A stretch of DNA of 64,000 nucleotides from Escherichia phage fEgEco12. Under the pieces are notes generated by a model. That model had not been told where the DNA came from. It searched no databases and worked only from the letters and a program-made list of their open reading frames with translations. The stretch lies in sequence record PP777464.1, one strand, 5' to 3'. The position numbers and the translations under genes were made by a program. Of the stretch, positions 51,124 to 61,062 are shown piece after piece; position 1 is the stretch's first letter, and each line of letters opens with the position of its first letter.

Positions 51124-52266
51124 TCAATAAGTATCCCAAGGTAATGGTGTCTTCCTAAATCCATACCTGGTTGTGCTCGCACCATCACCAGCAATGTATC
51201 TACCTATACCACATTGGTATAACTCTGTACTACTACATATAGCACCACCAATAGTACCACTACTCCACTGAATTATATTAGAATATGTTATTGGTAAATC
51301 ACTACATTTAGTATATATTCCAACAGTAGCACCACCACTAATACCACCAAACATACTTCGGTTAGCACCAGTGTAATATATACCATCTGGACTCATAAAT
51401 GCAGAGGTGTAAGTTGTACTGCAATCCACTGGACTTCTTATTGTATTAAGATCGCCTGGGTATGTCCTGACACCAAAGGTGTATACATTACCATCAGTTG
51501 TAATACCATTACCTAACTGCCCACTGTTTTGTCCACCACATGTAAGCAACAATGCAGAACCAGAAACAATTGCAGTAGCATTATACGAAGTACCCATTGC
51601 AATAGAAGCACCAGACAATAGTTTTGGAGTAACAATAGCTGTTGTATTACCCTGGCCTAATTCACCATTGATATTTCGTCCCCATGCGTATATAGAAGTC
51701 GTGTCCAATCGACATAGTACTGAACCATAACTAAACGTATATCGCATGTCAATTACCGCATTAGGCAAATTAACCTTAGTTGCAACACTAATAACACCAC
51801 CAGTAACACCACTGTTTGCGTTCATGTTACGACCATATGCATATAAAGAACCATCTGAAGTTTTAATATGCATCATACCATCTGTACAATATAATGCATC
51901 TATACTCTCCACCGCAACCGGACCCATACTGGTAGTTATATCGGTCCACCCAAGAGAGGTAGTACTAGAAATTAAGTTATTTCCGGCGTATAGTATTCTA
52001 TTATTATTAGTAACTACAACTGTATATCTGGTAGTAACACCAATTAATCGAACATCAGTATATATCTTAGACCACGCACCTAATGAATTGGTGTTTGCAT
52101 CCAAAAAGCCCAACTGCCCATCTGTATTGTATCCAATACCCCATACATCACCTGCACTGTCCAATAACACTTCATGTGAAAATCCAATCTTAAAATCTTT
52201 TATTGTAGGAACTACCGGAACTGGTGCAATATTCCCGTACTTAACCATTCTAGCAAAAGGTAACAT
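51124..52266 (-). CDS. cassette protein 8: RCC1-like beta-propeller, N-terminus MLPFARMVKYGN
   Basis: 380 aa; GYNTDGQLGF, GQNSGQLGNG, GRNINGELGQG. Confidence 0.8.
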   Translation of the reverse strand: MLPFARMVKYGNIAPVPVVPTIKDFKIGFSHEVLLDSAGDVWGIGYNTDGQLGFLDANTNSLGAWSKIYTDVRLIGVTTRYTVVVTNNNRILYAGNNLISSTTSLGWTDITTSMGPVAVESIDALYCTDGMMHIKTSDGSLYAYGRNMNANSGVTGGVISVATKVNLPNAVIDMRYTFSYGSVLCRLDTTSIYAWGRNINGELGQGNTTAIVTPKLLSGASIAMGTSYNATAIVSGSALLLTCGGQNSGQLGNGITTDGNVYTFGVRTYPGDLNTIRSPVDCSTTYTSAFMSPDGIYYTGANRSMFGGISGGATVGIYTKCSDLPITYSNIIQWSSGTIGGAICSSTELYQCGIGRYIAGDGASTTRYGFRKTPLPWDTY

Positions 52267-52340
52267 AATTCCCTCCTTTATTCATTATACTATATTTAAT
52301 ACAAATAAGAATGCCAGTACTCTGTACTGGCATTTTAATT

Positions 52341-53495
52341 TTAACTCGGTGTAACTATTTTTTTAAATAATCCTGTATTTCCGGCATTTTCTTCTTCATA
52401 CGGAATTGTACCCATACCAGCAGTTCTACTACCATTCCCTGAACCATATAATTCACCGTTTTTTAACATGAATGTTATCATATAACCATGTGTCATTTTA
52501 TCATATGGAACTGGTTCAGTTATATTAGTACATGCACGCCATGTTTTAATAACATTAGAGTTCGTTATTCCATCTCCAGAAGCGTTTCCACGCCCAGCGA
52601 AATACCATATACCACCTGCTCTAACGTGTGCTTCATAATTAGAACCACCTATGTAATCAATCGCAGTACTAGGAATACTAGAAGCTGGTATCTTTGTGAT
52701 TGTTCTAAGACTGTTAATAGTGCCATCAGTGCCATCACCCAACTGTCCATCTATTTGTGAACCGAATACATATAGCCCATCACTCTTTAATACGTAATTA
52801 GCACTATATGCATTTTCTGAATTTATCTGTAATACTCCAGTAGTAACAGTAGTCAATGTGGTAGTTGTACTAGTCGTACCAGTCGAACCAATACTAGATT
52901 TATTCCCACTGTACTTTAATGTCCCATCATTGTATAATACAAATGAAGCATTATTCGCGGTTACACCAATATCTTTAACATCAACTTCAGGTGTCAATGT
53001 CAGTACTGATACTCTTTGTCCAACAGCCCCAGTAAAAACTTCACCGTTGTTATTGTCACCCATCTTATATAATTTATTATCTATTGTTAATAATAATGTA
53101 ACGCCGTTTCCTATAACTATTTTACTATATGTGTCATTCACATTATTAAAAATACCAAGTATTTCTGTCCATACACGATAAGTAGTATTAACACCACGAT
53201 AGATTTGAGTACCAGTACTCCACCATGTGCCATCATTTTTACGTACTAATATTCCTTGTGTATCACCAGTAGTCCAAAATTCCTTTACATCAGTTAAACA
53301 TAAAACCCACTCTTCAACTATAGTAGGAGAACTACTACCAGTACCTAATTGATAGTAAAAATTATGCCCTCTGCCATATAATCTTCCGTCTTCTAATAAA
53401 ATAAACACATTATTCTGTAAAACTTTTACCATCTTTATACCAACTGGCACAGGTGCTTCATTCCCATAATCAAACATTCTAACAAAAGGTAACAT
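52341..53495 (-). CDS. cassette protein 7: RCC1-like beta-propeller, N-terminus MLPFVRMFDYGN
   Basis: 384 aa; GHNFYYQLGTG, GSQIDGQLGDG. Confidence 0.8.
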   Translation of the reverse strand: MLPFVRMFDYGNEAPVPVGIKMVKVLQNNVFILLEDGRLYGRGHNFYYQLGTGSSSPTIVEEWVLCLTDVKEFWTTGDTQGILVRKNDGTWWSTGTQIYRGVNTTYRVWTEILGIFNNVNDTYSKIVIGNGVTLLLTIDNKLYKMGDNNNGEVFTGAVGQRVSVLTLTPEVDVKDIGVTANNASFVLYNDGTLKYSGNKSSIGSTGTTSTTTTLTTVTTGVLQINSENAYSANYVLKSDGLYVFGSQIDGQLGDGTDGTINSLRTITKIPASSIPSTAIDYIGGSNYEAHVRAGGIWYFAGRGNASGDGITNSNVIKTWRACTNITEPVPYDKMTHGYMITFMLKNGELYGSGNGSRTAGMGTIPYEEENAGNTGLFKKIVTPS

Positions 53496-53565
53496 ATTTC
53501 CCTCCTTTATTCATTATACTATATTTAATCAAAAAGAATGCCAGTACTTGAGTACTGGCATTATG

Positions 53566-54675
53566 TTATTTTGGTAAATCAATTTTAGCAAAGACTGCAA
53601 CATCTGCACTTGCACCTGGAATGGCGTAATACGATCCAGTACTATATACATTCCCGTCTTTGGTTAATAATGATGTTAATCCGTCACTAAAAGCAACATC
53701 ACTAATCTCACTAACTTCTACAGGTAATTGTAAATTAGCAGCACTATAGATAGCACCCGTTTGAGAATTGTTTAATCCCAAACCACGGTTTCCCCCAATA
53801 CCTTTCTGATATGCACTAGTTAATATAATTTGCGTAGCCGTGCTTGTTGCCTCTGAATTTGTCATAAACAAAGGTGAATTATTAGGTAAAGTACTTACAG
53901 GAACTGCTTTGAATGTAGTTGAATCTGAACTAAGAAAGTTTGGAGTTGTACCACATGTGAAATATGATGTACCATTATAGTAATTGAGTGTATGTCCACC
54001 AATAGCTGCATCTATTACACCAGAACTACGCAGTCCCCAAATGTTAACTTGTGTTCTGTTCCCTGTGCCATGTAATCCACGGTCATTCCACCCTGAACTA
54101 TATAACTTATTATCTATGCTAATATACATACTATCATTAGGAGTAGACATAACTTTACGCACATTAGAAGCACATAGTGTTAATGTATATATTGATGAAG
54201 AACCAATCCCCAATACACCACGGTATCCATTAGCCCCAGCACCATAGAGTACTGAACTTGAACTGAGTACAAATATTACACCACCATTGCATACAATATT
54301 AGCAATTTGATTCACAGGAATTGTATTTGTAAACCACTCCGTTCTATCAACTAATGTAGTACTGTAAGAAGTTGTTGTTGATGATGTGAACCAATATGTT
54401 TCACCTGATGTCCATATCGTATTGTCATTTTTAATAATAACAAGTGTTCGTCCTCCAGTGAAAAAATTAGAAACATCTGCACTTACTAATGTCCAAGAAG
54501 ATACCGTGTTTTTATTACCATTTCCAGATTCACCACCTTGATTTCTGCCTATGTAATATAATTCATGTGAATCAGTCAATACGAATTGACCTTGTGTAGA
54601 AGCACCAACTTTTATTATATTTTTAGGACCAGGTGTAATATTCCCATAATCAAATAGTCTTACAAAAGGTAACAT
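53566..54675 (-). CDS. cassette protein 6: RCC1-like beta-propeller, N-terminus MLPFVRLFDYGN
   Basis: start at MLPF ATG 54675; GRNQGGESGNG. Confidence 0.8.
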   Translation of the reverse strand: MLPFVRLFDYGNITPGPKNIIKVGASTQGQFVLTDSHELYYIGRNQGGESGNGNKNTVSSWTLVSADVSNFFTGGRTLVIIKNDNTIWTSGETYWFTSSTTTSYSTTLVDRTEWFTNTIPVNQIANIVCNGGVIFVLSSSSVLYGAGANGYRGVLGIGSSSIYTLTLCASNVRKVMSTPNDSMYISIDNKLYSSGWNDRGLHGTGNRTQVNIWGLRSSGVIDAAIGGHTLNYYNGTSYFTCGTTPNFLSSDSTTFKAVPVSTLPNNSPLFMTNSEATSTATQIILTSAYQKGIGGNRGLGLNNSQTGAIYSAANLQLPVEVSEISDVAFSDGLTSLLTKDGNVYSTGSYYAIPGASADVAVFAKIDLPK

Positions 54676-54683
54676 AATTCCTC

Positions 54684-55877
54684 CTATTGTTGCCATAACT
54701 GCGTTGGCATTAATGTTAATGTTTTAATTAAGTAAGTACCATCCGGTAATTTACTACCTGAACCGTTAAAGCCCCCACATGCATATAATTTATAATCTTT
54801 AGTTATAATTATTGTTCTGGACCAGTCTTTGGATGCCATAAGAACATTGTCATATCCACCCTGTATCGCACTTAAAGAAAACGCCCCCCACGAAGTAATT
54901 ATTGTTGTATTTCCCGTCCCTTCTTGACCATATGTATTGATGCCTGCACTCCTGACATATGATGGGTATTGAGCCATAGGTGCACCAATTGTTGAGTTAC
55001 CCATATTACTAGGACACAGGAAACCATCACTAATATTCACTATAACCTGTGAATTCTGAACTGTAGTTAATTGGTTTGTAGTTGAAGTAGTACCATTCCC
55101 AGCTTGTCCAGAATTGTTTCTACCACTCCAGTACACCCTACCGGCAGTAAACCACCAGGTAACATCATAAGTAGTACTTATATAATCGACGTTGGTTCGT
55201 ATTAATTTATTAGTAAAAACGTATGAGCTAGTCCCACCACCACTTTCACCAAAGTTATCCTTACCACAAAACCATGCTTCTTTATTTGTTTTGAGATAGT
55301 GCGTACCCTGTAATGAACACGCCAATTGAGAAACTTCACCCATACCAGTAACAACTGTTAGTACTGGAATGGGATTTTGGTTACCTGTTCCACATTCGGC
55401 ATTTGCATTTTTACCACAAACAACGACTCTTCCATCGTGTAGTAATATTCTAGTACTTTCACCTATATGTACACTCTTGATTAAATTAGCGTGTATATTT
55501 ATTTTGTTAAATGCGGCAGTAACATCAGTCCATGTTCTAAAATAACCATTAACTGGAGTTGCATCTCCATAATCGGGGAATGCTACTGTATTCCCTGTGA
55601 AATATATTCTATTATCCAAGTCAATCATCAATGATCCATGAACGCCTAACCAAAAGGCTGCACAGTGCGTTGCCAGTACTGTAAAAGTTGAAACTGCCGA
55701 TTGATTCCCTAGACCTAATTGGCTCAAGTTATTACCACCATAACCGTATAGTGTATTCGTGGGCTTATGTAGATACATAGCATTAGTATAATGTTGCTGT
55801 AAAACATCAGTGAACTCAACTGGTTCAGGAATAGGCAGTTTATTCCCGTACTTAACCATTCTTGCAAAAGGTAACAT
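54684..55877 (-). CDS. cassette protein 5: RCC1-like beta-propeller, N-terminus MLPFARMVKYGN
   Basis: start at MLPF ATG 55877; YGGNNLSQLGLG. Confidence 0.8.
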   Translation of the reverse strand: MLPFARMVKYGNKLPIPEPVEFTDVLQQHYTNAMYLHKPTNTLYGYGGNNLSQLGLGNQSAVSTFTVLATHCAAFWLGVHGSLMIDLDNRIYFTGNTVAFPDYGDATPVNGYFRTWTDVTAAFNKINIHANLIKSVHIGESTRILLHDGRVVVCGKNANAECGTGNQNPIPVLTVVTGMGEVSQLACSLQGTHYLKTNKEAWFCGKDNFGESGGGTSSYVFTNKLIRTNVDYISTTYDVTWWFTAGRVYWSGRNNSGQAGNGTTSTTNQLTTVQNSQVIVNISDGFLCPSNMGNSTIGAPMAQYPSYVRSAGINTYGQEGTGNTTIITSWGAFSLSAIQGGYDNVLMASKDWSRTIIITKDYKLYACGGFNGSGSKLPDGTYLIKTLTLMPTQLWQQ

Positions 55878-55952
55878 AACTAAAATCTCCATATAATAAT
55901 TATAATGTATTTACAAAAAAATACCAGTACGTATTTCAGTACTGGTATAATG

Positions 55953-57134
55953 TTATGGTAAAATAATAGCTTGTAACGAACTCATACCCAATGTTGGAAC
56001 ACTCGCCTGTGGTGCTGGTGCATTCACTTTTGGTGATGAAACCGCATATGTCATTCCTGAACCCAAATCTGGATCAAAAACTACAGCACAATAATTCCCA
56101 CTATATATAAGTCCATTCTTGTATCCTTGTGCACTTTGAATGCATTTCGTGAACGTCCCAATATCTGTAGTGGCATTTATTAAGTTCCTCCCACGATAAC
56201 CGCAGGTGTATATGAAATTATCATCGCCTATGTACATACTAGAATCCCCAGCAGAACTACATAGATACGACATATAAGCACGCATGTTTTTAGGAGCAAC
56301 TGACAATGTACCAGCATAGAATTTATTATTCGAACCCGAAATATCACCATCACCCAAAGCACCAAAACTCCCCCAACCAGTACCATAATATCTCTTATCA
56401 CTCAAGAATATAATACAGTTGTTATTACACATCTTGACTTGATATATCAATGAAGGATCAACCCCAGGGAATGATTCAGTGTATGTTAGAACAGCCAGAT
56501 CAGTACTAGCATTACATTGATGATATGTATTAGTACCAGAGGACAATATTGTACCATCAACTAATAGAATCCTCGAAGTGCCAGTACCAGCAGTACAAGC
56601 AACTGCACTTCCTGCACTTCCGGTGTATATTTGTCTGAAAGTAAAGAAACCAACAGTCTTACTCCCTTGTCCACTCCAACCAGTATTATCAACACCACAC
56701 GCCCATACTGAACCATCTTCCATGATCATCATTACACCATAACGTTCTATTGAAATATAAACAATCTTTTTAGTATCAACTGCACTAAATCTAGAAGTTA
56801 TATCCGTCCAAACCTTTACACTTACCGCCGTCGCACTGGAAGTAGGATCTTCACCTGCTATCATTATCCTACCATTGTTAGTCAGATACATTGTCTGACT
56901 ATAACCAGTACTACAAAACTTAACACTATCAGTCTCTGGAACTTTTAACCACTCGTTGTAACGTGTTACGTTAGTGTTATTACCTAACTGATAATAGTTA
57001 TTCATCCCAGATACATATAACACACCATCCTTTATTAAACTATAAGTCGCACTATAGTCACTACAGGTATAACGTGTACCCACAGGTGGCTCAACGACGT
57101 TCCCATAATCAAACATTCTAACAAAAGGTAACAT
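55953..57134 (-). CDS. cassette protein 4: RCC1-like beta-propeller, N-terminus MLPFVRMFDYGN
   Basis: 393 aa; GMNNYYQLGNN. Confidence 0.8.
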   Translation of the reverse strand: MLPFVRMFDYGNVVEPPVGTRYTCSDYSATYSLIKDGVLYVSGMNNYYQLGNNTNVTRYNEWLKVPETDSVKFCSTGYSQTMYLTNNGRIMIAGEDPTSSATAVSVKVWTDITSRFSAVDTKKIVYISIERYGVMMIMEDGSVWACGVDNTGWSGQGSKTVGFFTFRQIYTGSAGSAVACTAGTGTSRILLVDGTILSSGTNTYHQCNASTDLAVLTYTESFPGVDPSLIYQVKMCNNNCIIFLSDKRYYGTGWGSFGALGDGDISGSNNKFYAGTLSVAPKNMRAYMSYLCSSAGDSSMYIGDDNFIYTCGYRGRNLINATTDIGTFTKCIQSAQGYKNGLIYSGNYCAVVFDPDLGSGMTYAVSSPKVNAPAPQASVPTLGMSSLQAIILP

Positions 57135-57207
57135 AATAAAATCTCCGTAATTAAATTATATAGTATTTACAAAAAATACCAGTACATATTTCAGTACTGA
57201 CCTATTA

Positions 57208-58329
57208 TTAAAAGGGCAACGGTAACTCAGTAAAAGTACTTACGTCCGGTAAACCATACATTGAATTAGCATCACCACAGTAATACCACTTCGTAGAATC
57301 ATGTACCACCGATAAACGCTGTGCACATAACACTTCCTGTATGTCATTAAACACCATCGGGACTAACTCATATGTATCCGCAAATGAAGATACACCACCA
57401 CTCGCATGAAAAGTATTCGTCCCAGCATAAAATAACTGATTAGTGTTCTTACCCACAGCAAATGTCATCAATATCCCATCATTCTCCCATAAAGAAGAAA
57501 ACTTATCAACACTACCAGAAAGCTCTGTGTAAGTACTCGTAATGGCACTCGCAGCCGCCGCATTACCCATCTGTTTATTCAAGTTCTGTCCAGCAATAAA
57601 ATATCTCGTTCGTGCACTAGAATCAGTATATAATAACCCAGTGTTCGTAGTCATCATACCAATGTCCTTAATCGTCATACCAGTCTGTGAATAACTTAGA
57701 TACGAAGTTAAATTAACATTATTACCCAACGAACCGTTATCACTCATGCCACAACGATGTAATATACCACTTGTATCAACGTAGATTGTACTAACTAAAC
57801 TCGTATACAACTCTTGTACATTATTCGCAATAAACACAGCAGTCGCCTTATTACTAACCCCACCAAATGATAGGTTATTATCAAATCCCTTAGCGTATAA
57901 TTGATTATTAGTAGTCAATAATCCAATCGTGAAATAAGACATTTTCATATCCCTTACTGTACTCAAATCTACTGCCCCAAATTGGTGCGTAACATCTGTC
58001 CATGTGAAAATCTGTGCACTACCAACACCACCCGTTTCAAACCATTTGTCACCACAGTACAATATGCGATTACCCTTAGTAAAGATAACTGTTACCAATC
58101 CACTACCACACGCAAACTTTACATCACTTCTAACCTTCGTCCAATCAAGTACATAGGTAGTGGTGTTATTACCTATACCTAACTTGCCATAACGGTTATA
58201 ACCACGCACCCACAAATCACCACTCTTAGTAATTAATAGTAATGCGTCTCCTGTACTTATTATTCGAAATCCCGAACTAGGATCAGGTACTTCATTTCCA
58301 TAATCAAACATTCTAACAAAAGGTAACAT
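57208..58329 (-). CDS. cassette protein 3: RCC1-like beta-propeller, N-terminus MLPFVRMFDYGN
   Basis: 373 aa; GYNRYGKLGIG. Confidence 0.8.
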   Translation of the reverse strand: MLPFVRMFDYGNEVPDPSSGFRIISTGDALLLITKSGDLWVRGYNRYGKLGIGNNTTTYVLDWTKVRSDVKFACGSGLVTVIFTKGNRILYCGDKWFETGGVGSAQIFTWTDVTHQFGAVDLSTVRDMKMSYFTIGLLTTNNQLYAKGFDNNLSFGGVSNKATAVFIANNVQELYTSLVSTIYVDTSGILHRCGMSDNGSLGNNVNLTSYLSYSQTGMTIKDIGMMTTNTGLLYTDSSARTRYFIAGQNLNKQMGNAAAASAITSTYTELSGSVDKFSSLWENDGILMTFAVGKNTNQLFYAGTNTFHASGGVSSFADTYELVPMVFNDIQEVLCAQRLSVVHDSTKWYYCGDANSMYGLPDVSTFTELPLPF

Positions 58330-58401
58330 ATTTCCCTCCTTTATTCATTATAATATATTTAATACAAAAAAGAAAAGCCAGTACAGAGTACTGGCATAGT
58401 A

Positions 58402-59511
58402 TTACTTGGGTAATGGAATTGTAGTCCATCTATTAGCGGCAACGCCCCCTGGTACATATGTAGGACTACCACTTACAGCAATAGTTTCATTACCATCATA
58501 CACAACACTGAAGTTTGTGCACGTATACAACGAGGCGGTATCTGGATTGTAATTTATAAGTGTTAATGTATTGGTGAACAAATTCAATGCAGTAGTTGAC
58601 CCGTTTTTACCAAACGAACCTGTCGTATATATCTTTCCTTCTGTTGTTGAGTACATGTTAACATATGACCCAGATGATGATTTGGCAATTTTATCTATCT
58701 TGCTATCTATCGTTTTAGAGTTAAATTGAAATGGATATACCTGTACGTTAGTATCTAAACCATTTCCTAGTTCCCCATTTAACTGCCACCCTGAGTGGTA
58801 CATTCCCGAATTTGTATATGCAAGCGTACTATACCCATTACCACCCATTATTTTAGTGCCAGATAATTTTAAACCAAACGATGTCCACTTACCAGTTTCA
58901 TTTCCTATAGAACCATAAGCACTTGTCCCACATGCTCGAAGCTCACCATTCGATGTTAGAAGCACTGTATTATTAACGTTACCAAATATATCAATAACCT
59001 GATTAGTTCCATTATTCAGTACTGAAGTGAAAGTACTCTGTGAGTAAGTACTACCTGAACCAACAGAACCATTTGTGTTCATACCTCTTCCATATACAGT
59101 TGTACCATCAGCACTAACATAGTGCATTGAATCAAAACCAATGGATATCATTTTAATATTAGAGATATCTGGGAATGAAGAAGTTACATCTACTCCACCT
59201 AATGGAATTGTAGTATTTCCTAAACCTAATGAGACATTAGTTCCGTGCATTATAAATTTATCTTCTTTCAAATATAAAATATTGTATCCACCAGCCCATG
59301 CATTACTAACACCATTGGTAATTAGTACCCAATTATTTTGTGTAGCAGTTCCATCAATATTTAACTGTTGATAGTTATTGATTCCACAACCATATAGCGA
59401 ACCATCACCATATAGTACATATAAATTATCATATCCTGCTATAACTTTCTTTATTTTTTTCGGTACTGGTGCAATATTCCCGTACTTAACCATTCTTACA
59501 AAAGGTAACAT
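58402..59511 (-). CDS. cassette protein 2: RCC1-like beta-propeller, hybrid N-terminus MLPFVRMVKYGN
   Basis: start at MLPF ATG 59511; close paralog of cassette 11. Confidence 0.8.
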   Translation of the reverse strand: MLPFVRMVKYGNIAPVPKKIKKVIAGYDNLYVLYGDGSLYGCGINNYQQLNIDGTATQNNWVLITNGVSNAWAGGYNILYLKEDKFIMHGTNVSLGLGNTTIPLGGVDVTSSFPDISNIKMISIGFDSMHYVSADGTTVYGRGMNTNGSVGSGSTYSQSTFTSVLNNGTNQVIDIFGNVNNTVLLTSNGELRACGTSAYGSIGNETGKWTSFGLKLSGTKIMGGNGYSTLAYTNSGMYHSGWQLNGELGNGLDTNVQVYPFQFNSKTIDSKIDKIAKSSSGSYVNMYSTTEGKIYTTGSFGKNGSTTALNLFTNTLTLINYNPDTASLYTCTNFSVVYDGNETIAVSGSPTYVPGGVAANRWTTIPLPK

Positions 59512-59556
59512 ATTTCCTCCTTTATTCATTATACTATATTTAATACAAAAAGAAAA

Positions 59557-59575
59557 GCCAGTATCAAGTACTGGC
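59557..59575 (-). terminator. inter-cassette hairpin GCCAGTA-TCAAG-TACTGGC
   Basis: read directly. Confidence 0.65.
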
Positions 59576-59583
59576 ATATTAAA

Positions 59584-60732
59584 TCACTGCCAAAATGACA
59601 TATCAACTTCTGTGAAATTAAGCACGCTCTGCGTAGAAAGACCACCCATTGCTACCATCGCAATTCCACAATAATATAACTTCCCTTTGTCATTGAGTAA
59701 CAATGTCCCAGATGGTGTTGTTACTAAATTGCACGAAGTATTAAAAGAAGTATATGAAGGAGTATAGTAGTACTGATTAATGGTATTACCTACACCTAAT
59801 TTTCCATACCCATTTTCTCCAGATGCGTAAAGTACTTCATCACCTTTAGCAATATGTGATGCCATGTTACTAACACACGTGTATACAGCTCTAACTCCTG
59901 TACTCAATAATGTAGGAGTCTTGTATTGGATATCAGTACTAGTAGATGTCCCACCTGTACCAAATTCATTACCGTATTGTGCACCGTATTGTTTACCACA
60001 AGCGTACAAATTATTATCCGATTTGATAAAAAATGTACTCTGATAACTTACATTAAAATCTATAACATCCGAAGAAATCATCGTCACCCCAGTAATAGAA
60101 GTTTGATTACCCGTGCCCAACTGGTAGTAATAGTTAAAACCACAACCCCATAAAGTATTATCTTCTCGCAAATAAATGTTACCAACTGCCTTTTTAACCG
60201 AAGTTATAGTATCTACTCTTTTGAATGTGTTAAAAGAATTAATGTTTGTGCCATCACCAAATGATGATATGTTCGATATATTGTTAGTTCCACAACAATA
60301 CAATGTACCATCGTTTGTTATCAAATTCACCTTCATATCATAAAAACTACTCATGTATTTTATATCAGAAACATTAATACCACTTGATGTTATCCACGTA
60401 GTACAGTCCGTCCACAAAGTTTTTCTATCAGTTACACCAGTGAATGCCTTCGTGTTACCAGTGATAAAAACTTTTCCAGTACCTTTCTCTTCATACAATT
60501 GACAATCACTACTGTTATCTTCCAATAGAACTCGTTTAACATTCTCCGCACAAAGAATAAATTTACTCGATGCTACACCTGTACCAGTACCCCAATTCGT
60601 CGCAGAAGATGCATACAACTTGTCAGTATAAGTATCATGAAGATACATAGAATCACTGGAATATATTTTATAACGACCAGAGTTGGTAGGAGCTTCATTC
60701 CCATAATCAAACATTCTAACAAAAGGTAACAT
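59584..60732 (-). CDS. cassette protein 1 (first in array): beta-propeller-like, N-terminus MLPFVRMFDYGN
   Basis: start at MLPF ATG 60732; same upstream TATAATGAATAAAGGAGG module. Confidence 0.75.
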   Translation of the reverse strand: MLPFVRMFDYGNEAPTNSGRYKIYSSDSMYLHDTYTDKLYASSATNWGTGTGVASSKFILCAENVKRVLLEDNSSDCQLYEEKGTGKVFITGNTKAFTGVTDRKTLWTDCTTWITSSGINVSDIKYMSSFYDMKVNLITNDGTLYCCGTNNISNISSFGDGTNINSFNTFKRVDTITSVKKAVGNIYLREDNTLWGCGFNYYYQLGTGNQTSITGVTMISSDVIDFNVSYQSTFFIKSDNNLYACGKQYGAQYGNEFGTGGTSTSTDIQYKTPTLLSTGVRAVYTCVSNMASHIAKGDEVLYASGENGYGKLGVGNTINQYYYTPSYTSFNTSCNLVTTPSGTLLLNDKGKLYYCGIAMVAMGGLSTQSVLNFTEVDMSFWQ

Positions 60733-60780
60733 ATTTCCTCCTTTATTCATTATATCATATTTACCCCAAAAAGAAAACCC

Positions 60781-60809
60781 TTGACAACCTTTCAGTACTG
60801 GTGTACTAT
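60781..60809 (+). promoter_or_regulatory. sigma-70-like promoter TTGACA-N17-TACTAT in divergent region
   Basis: TTGACA 60781-60786; drives the + strand small-ORF array. Confidence 0.45.
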
Positions 60810-60834
60810 AGAAGGAATATAAGGAGAACTGTAC

Positions 60835-61062
60835 ATGACAACTACACTTAAGTACTACATTAATACTCTAACTGAACTAGAGTACGCGAAGTTTCTCGCG
60901 GATAGTTCGTGGCTAATTGAGCTAAAAACACATAACAGTACTGGATGTAACCTTATGCTGAACAATGCACTTGATACCCTTGTAGTGAGTATTTTACACA
61001 GCAACATCTGCGGGAATAGCAATAAACAATTATCAAAAATCTTAGTACTGGTAGCTCTATGA
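60835..61062 (+). CDS. small protein, family with C-terminal aromatic-x-x-[VI]L-x-L[IV] motif
   Basis: 75 aa, ends KILVLVAL. Confidence 0.5.
   Translation: MTTTLKYYINTLTELEYAKFLADSSWLIELKTHNSTGCNLMLNNALDTLVVSILHSNICGNSNKQLSKILVLVAL

Noticed and set aside
45118-59371. Antisense and overlapping ORFs inside cassette genes (for example 45118-45336 +, 49093-49401 -, 49238-49465 +, 49386-49640 +, 51746-52354 +, 52858-53181 +)
   Set aside because: Shadow ORFs produced by the biased composition of the G/S/T/N-rich coding strand; no start signals; fully nested in better-supported genes.
42398-60750. Regularly spaced repeats suggesting a CRISPR array
   Set aside because: Repeat units are about 1.1-kb protein-coding cassettes with conserved 5' modules, not 25-40-bp direct repeats with short spacers; no cas genes present.
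42398-60750. Diversity-generating retroelement as the source of cassette variation
   Set aside because: No reverse transcriptase ORF or template/variable repeat pair visible in this window; variation looks like paralog divergence and module recombination.
47870-60750. N-terminal extensions upstream of MLPF in the ORF track (MSTGFSFCIKYSIMNKGGN, MPVLDTGFSFCIKYSIMNKGGN, MNKGGN, MATIGGI, MEILV)
   Set aside because: They arise from in-frame read-through of the conserved RBS region in some copies only (a one-nucleotide difference decides frame); the ATG preceded by GGAGG at MLPF is the consistent start.
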